This document shows, piece by piece, positions 47,950-58,009 of a DNA stretch of 64,000 nucleotides (position 1 is its first letter; each line of letters opens with the position of its first letter). A program made the position numbers and the translations under genes. The DNA is taken from positions 480,001 to 544,000 of the forward strand of contig JBJBEO010000001.1 in assembly GCA_047284725.1 (NCBI GenBank), read 5' to 3'. A model generated the notes under the pieces. That model saw nothing but the letters and a program-made list of their open reading frames with translations. It was not told where the DNA came from and did no database searches. This DNA comes from Synechococcus sp. (lineage in GTDB: Bacteria > Cyanobacteriota > Cyanobacteriia > PCC-6307 > Cyanobiaceae).

Positions 47950-48351
47950 ATGCCTGCAGCGTCAGCGGCCACGAGGCCCGAAGCCGGTGCTCTCTTGGAG
48001 CACGGCAGTGTGCACACCAGTCCGGGGGGCCAGTACAGCTTTCGGGTGATCGGACCCTGTTGCCGGTTGTTTGATCGCGAAGAGCTGCCTTGGCCTTGCT
48101 GTCGTTTGGTTTGGCGCAGCAAGGAGCCCAGCTGGCGCCGTGTCGGGCGTCGATTCGTCCCTGATCTGGCTGCCCGTCGCTGCCCCTCCTATGCCGTGGA
48201 GTTGCTGCAGCCAGGTTCAAGGCCAACCACCACTGTGCTCACGCTTTTTTCCCTTCGCTTCACTCCCGTCCTGCAGGAGTGGTGGTACAGCCGTCACCCT
48301 CGGTCCATGCAACAGGTCATTCCGTCCTCCTCCATCCAGCAAGAGGGTTAA
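47950..48351 (+). CDS. Hypothetical protein, Cys/Trp-rich
   Basis: YSFRVIGPCCRLFDREELPWPCCRL..KEPSWRRVGRRFV. Confidence 0.75.
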   Translation: MPAASAATRPEAGALLEHGSVHTSPGGQYSFRVIGPCCRLFDREELPWPCCRLVWRSKEPSWRRVGRRFVPDLAARRCPSYAVELLQPGSRPTTTVLTLFSLRFTPVLQEWWYSRHPRSMQQVIPSSSIQQEG

Positions 48352-48372
48352 AACGCAGGAAGCAATCACGCA

Positions 48373-48403
48373 CAAAAAAACCGCCTTTTCAGGCGGCTTC
48401 TTT
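48373..48403. terminator. Terminator between the convergent hypothetical gene and psbV
   Basis: AAAAAAA-CCGCCT-TTTC-AGGCGG-CTTCTTT. Confidence 0.72.
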
Positions 48404-48468
48404 GTGTTCACCTCCTTGTGTTGAAACTCGGTGAGGCGTGAACCCTGTGCGTGAAGCCAGAGAGGCGA

Positions 48469-48981
48469 TCAGAAGTAAATCTTGCCGCCGCCCCACTCCT
48501 TGCCCAGCACCTTCGGTGCCACAAGGATGTATCCGGACATCAGGCGAAGATCCTCATCGGTGAGGTCACGCATGGCGGGGTAGAGATCGCGACTGCGCAT
48601 GCTGGGGTGCAAATCAGCAATGCTGTATTCACCGTCGTAGGAGGTGGGGTCCTTCAGGTAGTCGACGAGGCCTTCAACGCTGTTGCGGGAGGGGGTGGCC
48701 AAGGCCAGAGTCTCTGGATCGAGGCCCACGTTGTGGTTGGTCTTGGTGATGCCACCGGCATGGCAGGTGCCGCAACTGGTGTTGAACACCTTGCGCCCCG
48801 TTTTGATTTCCTGTTCGGTGAAGGTCACCTCAGCGCCACTGGCATCGGCAGGCACGGTGAGGGTCTCGGCATCCCATTGAGCCGCCAGCGCGGGGGAGCT
48901 GAACACGAGAGCGACCAGCACGGGCAGCACAAAAAGCACCCGGCCCAGGGACCGTCGCAATGCAAGAAGGGGAGAGGCCAT
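48469..48981 (-). CDS. psbV: Photosystem II cytochrome c550
   Basis: Signal peptide, CGTCH haem motif, GGITKTNHNVGL, WGGGKIYF. Confidence 0.96.
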   Translation of the reverse strand: MASPLLALRRSLGRVLFVLPVLVALVFSSPALAAQWDAETLTVPADASGAEVTFTEQEIKTGRKVFNTSCGTCHAGGITKTNHNVGLDPETLALATPSRNSVEGLVDYLKDPTSYDGEYSIADLHPSMRSRDLYPAMRDLTDEDLRLMSGYILVAPKVLGKEWGGGKIYF

Positions 48982-49112
48982 GAAGGACACCAAAATCTGA
49001 CGGAGACACCGCTCCAAGCTCTTGTATCACGGGCCATGGGCCCCTTGGTGCAGTTCCAGGGGCGTGCTCATGAACTGTTGCAGCAGTTGGTGGGCAGGCC
49101 GACCGGGTCTGC

Positions 49113-50060
49113 TCAGGTCGAAGGCTTGATGTCGAGGCTCAGAAAGTCCTTGGCCAGAAGGGTGTTGGGGAAGATGGCCTGAGCTTCTGTCAGGAGATCG
49201 GTGGGGGTCACCGCGTTGCCAGGGGCGTAGCGCGGGCTCAGATGGGTGAGGGCCAGCTGTTTGACACCGGCTTCCGCAGCGGTCTGGGCTGCCATGGTGC
49301 TGGTGGAGTGCTGACGCTGGAACGCCATCTCGGCTTCAGCGTGGGAAAACGTGGATTCATGGATGAGCAGGTCGGCGCCGCGGGCCAGCTCCACCGCTGC
49401 TTCGCAAAACACCGTGTCTGTGCAATACACGACGCTCACTCCGGGGCGATCCGGTCCACAGAGCTTCCGGCCATCGATGCATCGACCGTCGTCGAGGGTG
49501 ACCATGCGTCCTTGTTTGAGTTCGGCGTAGATCGGTCCTGGAGGAATCCCCAGAGCACGTGCTTGCTCGATGTCGAAGCGTCCAGCCCGGGGCTTTTGTT
49601 CAATCCGGTAGGCGTAGGCGGGCACACGATGGGTGAGGGGCGTGGCCCGCACCATGATGTCGTCGTCTTCGAACACCAGATGTCCGCGTTCAGCGGCGTC
49701 CTTCACCCGATGCACCTCCAGGGGATAGCCGATCCGGGTTGAGCTCGTGCGCAGCACCCCCTGGAGGAATGCCTCGAGCGGATCCGGGCCGTAGAGATCC
49801 ACTCCACAGCTTGTGCCTGCCAGTCCCAGGCTGGCCAGCAACCCGGGAAGGCCGAACACGTGGTCCCCGTGCATGTGCGTGATGAACACCCGCCTCAGTT
49901 GCGACAAGCGCAGGTCGCTGCGGAGGAATTGGTGCTGAGTGCCTTCGCCGCAATCAAACAGCCACAGTTCAGAGCGCTGAGGTAATCGCAGCGCGACGGA
50001 TGAAACATTGCGGGCCCGGGTTGGAACACCGGAACTGGTACCGAGGAAAGTGACCTGCAC
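49113..50060 (-). CDS. rnz: Ribonuclease Z
   Basis: [48 protein letters not shown] start at 50060. Confidence 0.95.
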   Translation of the reverse strand: MQVTFLGTSSGVPTRARNVSSVALRLPQRSELWLFDCGEGTQHQFLRSDLRLSQLRRVFITHMHGDHVFGLPGLLASLGLAGTSCGVDLYGPDPLEAFLQGVLRTSSTRIGYPLEVHRVKDAAERGHLVFEDDDIMVRATPLTHRVPAYAYRIEQKPRAGRFDIEQARALGIPPGPIYAELKQGRMVTLDDGRCIDGRKLCGPDRPGVSVVYCTDTVFCEAAVELARGADLLIHESTFSHAEAEMAFQRQHSTSTMAAQTAAEAGVKQLALTHLSPRYAPGNAVTPTDLLTEAQAIFPNTLLAKDFLSLDIKPST

Positions 50061-50093
50061 GGTCTGAAGCGGGCATGCATCAAATTTGCCACG

Positions 50094-51512
50094 TTGCGCC
50101 CTGGTTCTCTCTCTCCGGGGGGGGCACACTGGGCTGCCCAACGCACGGTCGGCGTGGTCAGGTCCTCCTCTTTCCTGCAGTTCGTTCCGGCTGTTGTGCT
50201 GACTCTCCAGCCGACATGGATGGCCCCAGCGGTTGCGGTTGTCCATCCAACGGTTGCCATGCGACAGCCGCAGATGCGCGTGCTGCTGGCGGAGGTCGAT
50301 GTGCTCCGGCTGCGCGCCGATGGAGCCACGCCCTTGGTGCTGCATGGCCTTGGGCGGGGAGCGGTGCAGCTTTCACGTCTGCACGTGCGCCGGCAGGGGC
50401 GCGCTTGGTGGCTGGATTCCCCGCAGTTGGGTCAGCGACGGCTGCCTGCTGGCGGGACGCTTGTGGTGCAAACCGATGATCCCCGTGGCATCTGGCTGGG
50501 GCCTCGGCGTTACGGCGGTGCGCTGCATCTGGCGTTGCGGGATGGCCGCCTCCAGGTGGTGAACCATCTGGAGATTGAGACGTATCTCGCCAGCGTGGTG
50601 GGCAGTGAAATGCCCCAGGCCTGGCCCATCGCAGCCCTGCAGGCTCAGGCCGTGGCCGCCCGCACCTATGCCTTGCGCCAGCGCGGTCGAACGGGCGGAT
50701 TTGATGTCAAGTCCACCGTGTCCAGCCAGGTCTACCGCGGCTTGGAGTCGGCCACGCCCCGCACCGAGGAGGCGGTGAAGAGCACCCGTTCGCTGGTGAT
50801 GGTGCATGGAGGTCGACTGATCAATGCGGTCTTCCACAGCAGTTCCGGTGGCGCCACTGAACCGAGTGGTGAAGTGTGGCGTCACCAACTTCCTTATCTG
50901 GTGAGTGTGCGCGACCACGATCAGAGCAGTCCGGTGCACCGCTGGGAGCAGCATTTCGATGCCGCCCAGTTGCGCACGGCGTTTCTGGAAACCGGTGGGT
51001 TGCAGAAACTGGAGGTTCTTCGCACCAGCTCCACCGGCCGTTTGCGGTCGGTGCGTGCCCAGGGGCCACGGGGCACCCTGGTGATCAGTGGCCGGGAGTT
51101 ACGCCAACGCCTTGGCTTGAAGAGCACGAAGGTGCGCTTCAACTGGATCACCGGCACGCTGGACGAACCAGGCGGGAGCTGGCGCGATTCGGCCAGTGGC
51201 ATCCCCCGTGCAAACCGAGCTCCACTGTCATCCTTCCGGCCGCAGCCTTCAACGGCCTGGGCGCCGCTGGTTCCCCCCCCTCCCCCGCCTGCTGGCAGCC
51301 GTCCTGGCACGGTGCTGACGGTGCAGGGCCAGGGGTTTGGTCATGGCGTGGGCATGAGTCAGTGGGGCGCGAGGGGGCTGGCGGAGCAGGGGGCTGATTT
51401 CCGGCAGATCCTTCAGCATTACTACCGCGGGATCACCATTCGTCCCTTCCGGCCGTCCGATGACCCGGCCATGGCATGGAGCCCCCCAGTTAGGCCAGCC
51501 TGGAGGCGTTGA
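50094..51512 (+). CDS. SpoIID/LytB-domain protein (putative lytic transglycosylase)
   Basis: [52 protein letters not shown]. Start uncertain. Confidence 0.9.
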   Translation: MRPGSLSPGGAHWAAQRTVGVVRSSSFLQFVPAVVLTLQPTWMAPAVAVVHPTVAMRQPQMRVLLAEVDVLRLRADGATPLVLHGLGRGAVQLSRLHVRRQGRAWWLDSPQLGQRRLPAGGTLVVQTDDPRGIWLGPRRYGGALHLALRDGRLQVVNHLEIETYLASVVGSEMPQAWPIAALQAQAVAARTYALRQRGRTGGFDVKSTVSSQVYRGLESATPRTEEAVKSTRSLVMVHGGRLINAVFHSSSGGATEPSGEVWRHQLPYLVSVRDHDQSSPVHRWEQHFDAAQLRTAFLETGGLQKLEVLRTSSTGRLRSVRAQGPRGTLVISGRELRQRLGLKSTKVRFNWITGTLDEPGGSWRDSASGIPRANRAPLSSFRPQPSTAWAPLVPPPPPPAGSRPGTVLTVQGQGFGHGVGMSQWGARGLAEQGADFRQILQHYYRGITIRPFRPSDDPAMAWSPPVRPAWRR

Positions 51513-51524
51513 TGCTGCTGGGCG

Positions 51525-52319
51525 GTGGTGGTGCTGAACCTGCCAGACACAGTTGCTCTCGTGCAGCAGTCCGATCCGGATCGCCTCATCGAAACAGTGG
51601 TCGATCATTGGGAGGTTGGTCTGCGCGGCCGCCTGGCTGATCCATCACCTCGGCCGCTGGGTCTGGCGACCGGTCGCACCATGGAACCGTTCTATGCCGC
51701 CTTGGTGCGGCGCTTGCGGCATTGGGGCCCGGCCGATTTGAAGCTCCTGCGTCAGGGCTGGCTCAGTTTCAATCTGGATGAGTATGTGGGTCTGCCTGCT
51801 CGCCATGGCGCCAGCTTCAGGGCCTACATGGATGAGCGGCTGGGTGAGCCTCTTGGTCTGACCTCTGCGCAGCTGTGCCTGCCCGATGGAGCCGCTGCGG
51901 ACCCGGTTCAGGAAGCACGGCGCTACGGGCAGCAGCTGCGCCAGGCGGGCGGGATCGGAGTGCAGTTGCTGGGGCTCGGCAGCAATGGACATGTGGGATT
52001 CAACGAGCCCCCCTGCAGCGCTGATGCCCCTTGTCGTTGCCTTGATCTCTCGCCGGCGACGCGTGATCAAAACGCTGAGGCCTTCGGTGGTGACCCTGCG
52101 CTGGTGCCCCGCCAGGCCATCACCCTGGGCATGGCTGAAATCCTTGCAGCGCAGGAGGTGCATCTGATCGTCACGGGAGCGGAGAAGGCGGAGATTCTGC
52201 AGCGGCTGTTGACCAGCGGTTGCGACCCGGCCCTGCCGGCGAGCTGGTTGCTCCGTCATCCGCGCGTGCGGCTCTGGGTGGATGATGCGGCCCTTGGGCT
52301 TGTTGTGGCAGCGCATTGA
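51525..52319 (+). CDS. nagB: Glucosamine-6-phosphate deaminase
   Basis: LGLATGRT, FNLDEYVG, GLGSNGHVGFNEP, AITLGM. Confidence 0.9.
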   Translation: MVVLNLPDTVALVQQSDPDRLIETVVDHWEVGLRGRLADPSPRPLGLATGRTMEPFYAALVRRLRHWGPADLKLLRQGWLSFNLDEYVGLPARHGASFRAYMDERLGEPLGLTSAQLCLPDGAAADPVQEARRYGQQLRQAGGIGVQLLGLGSNGHVGFNEPPCSADAPCRCLDLSPATRDQNAEAFGGDPALVPRQAITLGMAEILAAQEVHLIVTGAEKAEILQRLLTSGCDPALPASWLLRHPRVRLWVDDAALGLVVAAH

Positions 52320-55300
52320 CCGATTGGCGCTTCTGGGTGGATCGCGGCGGCACCTTCACGGATCTGGTGGGATTGGCGCCGGATGGTCGTTTGATGGTGC
52401 GCAAGGTGCTGTCGGAGCAGCCTGGGTGCGAGGGGGATCCGGCGGTGCGGGCGATGGCCGACCTCTTGGCTGCCGAGGGGGCTGAGGGTCTGGCCTCGAT
52501 CGCTGAACTGCGACTGGGCACCACCGTGGCCACGAATGCCTTGCTGGAAGGTGTCGGTGATCGTGTGTTGCTGCTGACCAACACCGGTTTGGCCGATCTG
52601 CTGCGGATCGGTGATCAGCACCGGCGTGATCTGTTTGCGCTCGAACTGACACCGCCGCCCTTCCTGGCTGCGGCGGTGGAGGAGGTGCAGGGGCGGGTTG
52701 ATGCTGATGGTGCTGAAGTCGTCCCTTTGCAGCTCGATCAGGCGCTGGAGGGGCGGTTGCGTCAGCACCAGCGCCAGGGGTTGCGCAGCTGTGCGATCGC
52801 CCTGCTTCATGCCTGGCGCTATCCGGAGCATGAACGCCAGCTCGAGAGCTTTGTGCGCGGGCTGGGCTTCACCACGGTGGTGAGCTCCCATCGGGTCTGT
52901 CCGCTGCCCCGTCTGGTGCCACGGGGGCAAACCACCCTCGTGGAGGCTGCGGTGGCCCGCCCGTTGTTTGGCTATCTCGATCAGGTGCAGGCCGCTCTGG
53001 GCGGTCATGCCCGCTTGCGCGTGATGACCTCCAGCGGTGCCTTGCAATCGTCGGCGTGCCTGCAGGCCAAGGACACGATTCTGTCCGGTCCGGCCGGAGG
53101 AATGGTGGGTGCTGTCGCGGTGGCCCGTCGTGCCGGTCTGGTGGAGTTGCCCCTGGTGGGCTTCGATATGGGTGGCACCAGCACGGATGTGTTTTGTTTG
53201 CCGGCTGGGGCGGCTGACCGGATCTGGGAACGTTGCCCTGAAACGGACGTCGCAGGCCTGCAGTTGTTGGCGCCGCGGTTGCCGATTCACACCGTCGCTG
53301 CTGGTGGAGGTTCGATCATCGACCGCGATGGCGACCGGCTCACGGTTGGTCCTCGCTCGGCTGGTGCGGTGCCCGGCCCGGCCTGTTACCGCCGTGGCGG
53401 TCCTCTGACGGTCACCGATGCCAACCTGCTGCTGGGCCGTCTCCAGGTGCAGGGGTTCCCAGCGGTGTTTGGTCCTGCTGGGGATCAGCGTCCTGATCGG
53501 GAGGTGGTCCAGCAGCGGTTTGCTGCTCTGGCGGACGCGCTGGGGCGTTCAGTGGAGCAGCTCGCGGAAGGGGCCCTTGACCTTGCCGTTGAAACGATGG
53601 CGGCGGCCATCGAGCAGGTGTCGCTCTGCCGCGGCCATGACATCCGTGGTGGCGTGTTGGTGGCCTATGGCGGTGCAGCGGGTCAGTTGGCCTGCCGGGT
53701 GGCCGGCTGCTTGGGGTTGTCTCAAGTGCTGTTGCATCCGCTGGCGGGAGTGCTGTCGGCGTACGGCATGGGCCAGGCGCGCCAGCGCCAGTGGCGTCAG
53801 ATTGCGGTGCGACAACCTCTGACTCAGGCGTTCTGTTCTGGTTTGGAACAGCAGTGGCAAACGGCCCTTGGCGAAGCGGAGCAGCAGTTGCTGGCCGAGG
53901 GGGATGGGCATGGCGATGGGCTCGACTATCACGTGGCTCTGGAGTTGCGTGATCCCCAGGCTGAGCAGGGGTTGATGGTGACGCTGCCCCTCGGCGACGA
54001 AGACGGCGGTGTGACCTGTCCTGACCTGGCGGCGCTGGAGCAGGCGTTTGCGCATCTGCACCAGCAGCGTTTTGGGTTTTTGCCCGAGCGACGGGAGCCG
54101 CTGGTGGTGGAGCGGCTGGAGGTGGAGGTGTTGGCTCCCCCGTTGCTAGACGCAGCCGAGGGGGGGCGGCGTGAGTCGCTGGTGGATCAGGGCCAGGCCC
54201 CGCAGCACCCCGAGGAGGCCACGATGCATTGCCCTGGCCGCGGCTGGTGTTCCGTGCCGCTGTGGAAACGCGAGCTGTTGCAGGTGAACCAGGTGCTGGT
54301 GGGGCCAGCGCTGATTCTTGAAAGCACCGGTTGCATCGTGCTCGACCCAGGCTGGCAGGCCCGTTGCGTAGAAGGCGGAGATCTGGTGCTCAGCGATCAG
54401 CGAGACAGCACCTCCTCAGGGAGGGAGTCGGCCGAAGCAGCAGATGCGGCTGAGGTCGATCCGGTGGACCTCAGCCTCTTCCATCACCGCTTCATGGTGA
54501 TCGCGGAACGGATGGGAGAACGATTGCGACAGACCAGTCGCTCCGTGAACATTCGCGAGCGGTTGGATTTTTCCTGTGCGCTGTTCGATAGCGGCGGTGC
54601 GCTGGTGGCCAACGCTCCCCATATCCCTGTTCATCTCGGGTCGATGGGGGAGGCGGTGGTGGACCTGCTCAATCAGGTGAAGGCGGGTGCCCTGCCTGCG
54701 CTGGCTGATGGTGACGTGGTGATCAGCAATGACCCTTTCCACGGCGGCACGCATCTCCCCGACATCACGGCGATGACCCCAGTGTTCGCGGGACGTGAGC
54801 ATCCGCAATTCTTCGTGGCGTGCCGCGGTCACCATGCCGACGTGGGCGGTCTCACCCCAGGTTCGATGCCGCCGTTCAGTCAGCGGATCGACGACGAAGG
54901 CCTGCGTCTGCGGCACTGGTCGCTGGTGCGGCATGGGCAGTTCGATGGCGCCGCCTGGGATCGACGCCTGGCGTTGGAGACTCCCACGCCCCGTTGTCCG
55001 GAGGTGTTGCTGGCGGATCTGCAGGCCCAGGCAGCGGCCAATCGCCTGGGGGTGGAGTTGCTGGAGGCATTGGTGGCGCGTGAGGGCTTGGCACGGGTCA
55101 GCGATTACATGCGTTATGTGCAGGATCACGCCGCTGCCGCTGTGGAGGCGCTGCTGGAGCAGGTGTCGGACCAGCAGTTTGCAGTGGAGCTCGATAACGG
55201 GGCGGAGCTGAGGTTGACTCTGCGGGTGGACCAGAAGAAGCGCCGAGCGCACTTTGATTTCACGGGCAGTTCCCCTCAGGGCGACCACAATTTTCATGCC

Positions 55301-56032
55301 CCTCTGGCGGTGACAAAAGCGGCGGTTCTCTATGTGATGCGCTGCCTGGTGAAGGAGCCGATTCCGCTCAATGCCGGTTGTTTCCGGCCACTCACCCTCA
55401 CGGTGCCACCGGGGTCTGTTCTCAATCCTCAGGCCCCTGCGGCGGTGGTGGCCGGCAACGTGGAAACGTCTCAGGCTCTCTGCAACCTGCTGTTTGCCGC
55501 CATGGGGGTGATGGCGGCGGCCCAGGGCACGATGAACAATCTCAGCTTCGGGACGCCTCGGTTTCAGTACTACGAGACGATCGCCGGGGGGAGTGGGGCA
55601 GGAGAAGGCTTTGCCGGCGCTTGCGGCCTGCAGTGCCATATGACCAACTCCCGCCTCACGGACCCTGAGATCCTTGAACAGCGCTTCCCCGTGCGCCTTG
55701 AGCGGTTTGCCCGTCGAAGGGGCAGTGGTGGTCTGGGGCGTTGGCCGGGGGGCGACGGGCTCGAGCGCCAGTTCCGTTGTCTCGAGCCGATGACCGTGGC
55801 GTTGCTCTCAGGCAGCCGGCGTGTGGCGCCTTTCGGACTTGCCGGTGGTGGAGACGGCTGCTGCGGCATCAACCAACTGGAGCGGGCCGATGGGTCCTTA
55901 GAAGACTTGCCCGGTTGCGTGCAGTTGGACCTGCAGGCCGGAGAGGCTCTGATCATCGCCACCCCTGGGGGTGGCGGTTGGGGAGATCCCGCTGCGCTGA
56001 GTTGCCGACACGGCAATTTGAACAAGCTGTGA
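52316..56032 (+). CDS. Single-chain ATP-dependent 5-oxoprolinase (hydantoinase A + B fusion)
   Basis: DRGGTFTD, GTTVATNALLE, SGPAGG, FDMGGTSTD, SVNIRERLDFSCA, HIPVHLG, GGTHLPD, YYETIAGG. Confidence 0.92.
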   Translation: MTDWRFWVDRGGTFTDLVGLAPDGRLMVRKVLSEQPGCEGDPAVRAMADLLAAEGAEGLASIAELRLGTTVATNALLEGVGDRVLLLTNTGLADLLRIGDQHRRDLFALELTPPPFLAAAVEEVQGRVDADGAEVVPLQLDQALEGRLRQHQRQGLRSCAIALLHAWRYPEHERQLESFVRGLGFTTVVSSHRVCPLPRLVPRGQTTLVEAAVARPLFGYLDQVQAALGGHARLRVMTSSGALQSSACLQAKDTILSGPAGGMVGAVAVARRAGLVELPLVGFDMGGTSTDVFCLPAGAADRIWERCPETDVAGLQLLAPRLPIHTVAAGGGSIIDRDGDRLTVGPRSAGAVPGPACYRRGGPLTVTDANLLLGRLQVQGFPAVFGPAGDQRPDREVVQQRFAALADALGRSVEQLAEGALDLAVETMAAAIEQVSLCRGHDIRGGVLVAYGGAAGQLACRVAGCLGLSQVLLHPLAGVLSAYGMGQARQRQWRQIAVRQPLTQAFCSGLEQQWQTALGEAEQQLLAEGDGHGDGLDYHVALELRDPQAEQGLMVTLPLGDEDGGVTCPDLAALEQAFAHLHQQRFGFLPERREPLVVERLEVEVLAPPLLDAAEGGRRESLVDQGQAPQHPEEATMHCPGRGWCSVPLWKRELLQVNQVLVGPALILESTGCIVLDPGWQARCVEGGDLVLSDQRDSTSSGRESAEAADAAEVDPVDLSLFHHRFMVIAERMGERLRQTSRSVNIRERLDFSCALFDSGGALVANAPHIPVHLGSMGEAVVDLLNQVKAGALPALADGDVVISNDPFHGGTHLPDITAMTPVFAGREHPQFFVACRGHHADVGGLTPGSMPPFSQRIDDEGLRLRHWSLVRHGQFDGAAWDRRLALETPTPRCPEVLLADLQAQAAANRLGVELLEALVAREGLARVSDYMRYVQDHAAAAVEALLEQVSDQQFAVELDNGAELRLTLRVDQKKRRAHFDFTGSSPQGDHNFHAPLAVTKAAVLYVMRCLVKEPIPLNAGCFRPLTLTVPPGSVLNPQAPAAVVAGNVETSQALCNLLFAAMGVMAAAQGTMNNLSFGTPRFQYYETIAGGSGAGEGFAGACGLQCHMTNSRLTDPEILEQRFPVRLERFARRRGSGGLGRWPGGDGLERQFRCLEPMTVALLSGSRRVAPFGLAGGGDGCCGINQLERADGSLEDLPGCVQLDLQAGEALIIATPGGGGWGDPAALSCRHGNLNKL

Positions 56033-56066
56033 AGACACGGGATCCGGGGGCGTGGCCGTCAGAAGA

Positions 56067-56438
56067 ATGAAATCAATGCTTCATTTCTCCGTGCTTCTGG
56101 GGTTCGTCTTCGTGGGTTCCCATGTGCTTGCCCAGGAGGGGAGAAAGGTCAGCTGGAATTGCTACGGGGAGCTCGGTCCGTCCCAAGAAGGACAGCTTCT
56201 GCATCTCAGAGGCGCGACAGGGCCAGGTGCAGACAAGGTTGAGGTGCGTCCTCGCTTCAATCAGAAGGACGTGATCTTGATCTTGACGGCCACTGAGCCG
56301 CCTGCAGCAGACGGGACTGGTGTTCGTCGTCTGTACACCGATCCTTCAGGAAACCGTTGGCGTTACAGGTATGCCAATGGGAGGGCAAGTTGGTGGATGA
56401 TCGAAACGCGTTCGAATCTCCACTGCACGCCTGCTTGA
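56067..56438 (+). CDS. Small secreted hypothetical protein (2 Cys)
   Basis: Signal-like N-terminus MKSMLHFSVLLGFVFVGSHVLA; start uncertain (56052-56076). Confidence 0.65.
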   Translation: MKSMLHFSVLLGFVFVGSHVLAQEGRKVSWNCYGELGPSQEGQLLHLRGATGPGADKVEVRPRFNQKDVILILTATEPPAADGTGVRRLYTDPSGNRWRYRYANGRASWWMIETRSNLHCTPA

Positions 56439-56629
56439 GTCTGTGCCGAGTGGAAAACCATCTTGCTGGCCCAGATTGACTGAACTGCAAGCGCCTGCCT
56501 CTGGACCGATCAATATCCGAACACCGCCTCGAAACCGTCGAGCAGACCACAGCAGGTGCTTGCTGCAGGGCGTACCATTTTTGACCATGCAAACGAGATC
56601 GGCCCTGCCCTGAACGAAGACTGAACGCC

Positions 56630-57001
56630 ATGACACGCACCACACTCACCGCAGCAACCATGGCCTTGAGTGTTCTCGTTGCCCCTGCCCTTGCGGACGA
56701 TTCGAGAGTTAAAAGTATTGAGTTCGGCAATGTCTGGTTCACCGATCCCATGCTGTCGTTGAATTACGCACAATCCCAGGATGATCCTGCTGAATTTGCA
56801 CTCGCAGTAACGACCCCAGATCCAGTCAAATCCAAAAACGGACTTGACCAGTCAACAGCAGTTTTGGTCAACTGCAAGTCAGGAAAGTATTCCGCTTCTT
56901 TTGGATATCATCCAGAAAAAAGCTTCGAAGACGACGCTGAGCTAATCGCCATCAAATTCTGCAATATTCACAAAAAATCGTTTTCACATTCCCTCTGGTA
57001 A
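56630..57001 (+). CDS. Small secreted hypothetical protein (2 Cys)
   Basis: Signal peptide ending APALA; A/T-richer coding sequence. Confidence 0.75.
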   Translation: MTRTTLTAATMALSVLVAPALADDSRVKSIEFGNVWFTDPMLSLNYAQSQDDPAEFALAVTTPDPVKSKNGLDQSTAVLVNCKSGKYSASFGYHPEKSFEDDAELIAIKFCNIHKKSFSHSLW

Positions 57002-57071
57002 CCCTCCTCAACAGCAAAGGAACCAGCGGACTCCCGCCGCCACAGACCAGCTCACGAGTCAACATCACCCC

Positions 57072-57437
57072 ATGATCCGCACCACACTCACCGCCATCGT
57101 CTCCACGGCTGCCCTGATGGCCGTCAGCGAGCCCATGGACCCACCCGTGGCCCACGCCGACACCGTGAAGGATGCGTTGTGTGTACTCCAACGATTGCCA
57201 CCCACCAATCTTCCTGATGGAGCTGTCGCCGCCCTGCTCCCCCCCGAGGAGTTCCGCTGTGACTTCACCCAACTGCGGGGCAACGTCTACATCGACAGCC
57301 AGCGCTGGGCCTTCGAGTTCCCCGATGCCGAGCGAGGAAAGACCTACAAGCGCCAGAACACAGTCGATTTCAAACGCTTCAGCCGTGAGGGGCACTACAC
57401 GCTGACCGTGTTCGAGTCAGGCGAGAAGCCGAACTAG
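57072..57437 (+). CDS. Small secreted hypothetical protein (2 Cys)
   Basis: Signal peptide ending PVAHA; GC-rich third positions like the core genes. Confidence 0.78.
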   Translation: MIRTTLTAIVSTAALMAVSEPMDPPVAHADTVKDALCVLQRLPPTNLPDGAVAALLPPEEFRCDFTQLRGNVYIDSQRWAFEFPDAERGKTYKRQNTVDFKRFSREGHYTLTVFESGEKPN

Positions 57438-57842
57438 CCTGGCGGGTTCTGACCAGCACCCGACCCATAGGCTGAGCAGCATCAGACCATCAGGTGTAGG
57501 CGCCGCCTCACAGCACTGCTTACAGCCTTTTCGCTGATATGGAGGCGCCTCAACAAAGACTCTCCCAAGGCGTATCTACGTGATGGCGAATGGTCAGGCT
57601 CGACTGAATTGGCCACTAGAAACCACCACCAGCCACTCCACTTCCCCCTCCAGTTGATCCAGCTCTGACACCACCCTCAGGCACAACTGTTCAACGCAGA
57701 CCACGCCCAGCGATGGCAAAACATTGATCAAATGGTCAGAGCCGTCGGCGGGTCTGCGCCCTGAGGGCGGGTTTGGCCAGCTGTGAATTGGTTGTTAACG
57801 CCGACGGCGGGAAGCATGGGAAGGCGTTCGGAAGAGGGACTC

Positions 57843-57926
57843 CTAATTGATGGCTGGTGACAAGAGCCAGTAGAAGAAACTGGTCATTGCAACGGAGGCG
57901 GCAAGAGTTGCGCTCGTGAACGTCAT
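57843..57926 (-). CDS. Candidate 27-aa hydrophobic microprotein
   Basis: MTFTSATLAASVAMTSFFYWLLSPAIN; AAGGAGG 7 nt upstream; ATGA overlap with the upstream micro-ORF. Confidence 0.55.
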   Translation of the reverse strand: MTFTSATLAASVAMTSFFYWLLSPAIN

Positions 57927-58009
57927 TGGGATGCCTCCTTTTTGGGTGTCATCTTGAGCGCCATGAGTGAAGAGGCTGCTATTGCTGAAATCACTAGGAT
58001 TAGTTCCAT
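57923..58009 (-). CDS. Candidate 28-aa hydrophobic microprotein
   Basis: Hand translation MELILVISAIAASSLMALKMTPKKEASQ; its stop overlaps the next start (ATGA). Confidence 0.5.
   Translation of the reverse strand: MELILVISAIAASSLMALKMTPKKEASQ

Noticed and set aside
56438..57600. Possible integron cassette array (small co-oriented ORFs with palindromic spacers)
   Set aside because: No integrase in the window, no RYYYAAC...GTTRRRY attC ends, and the spacers do not resemble each other.
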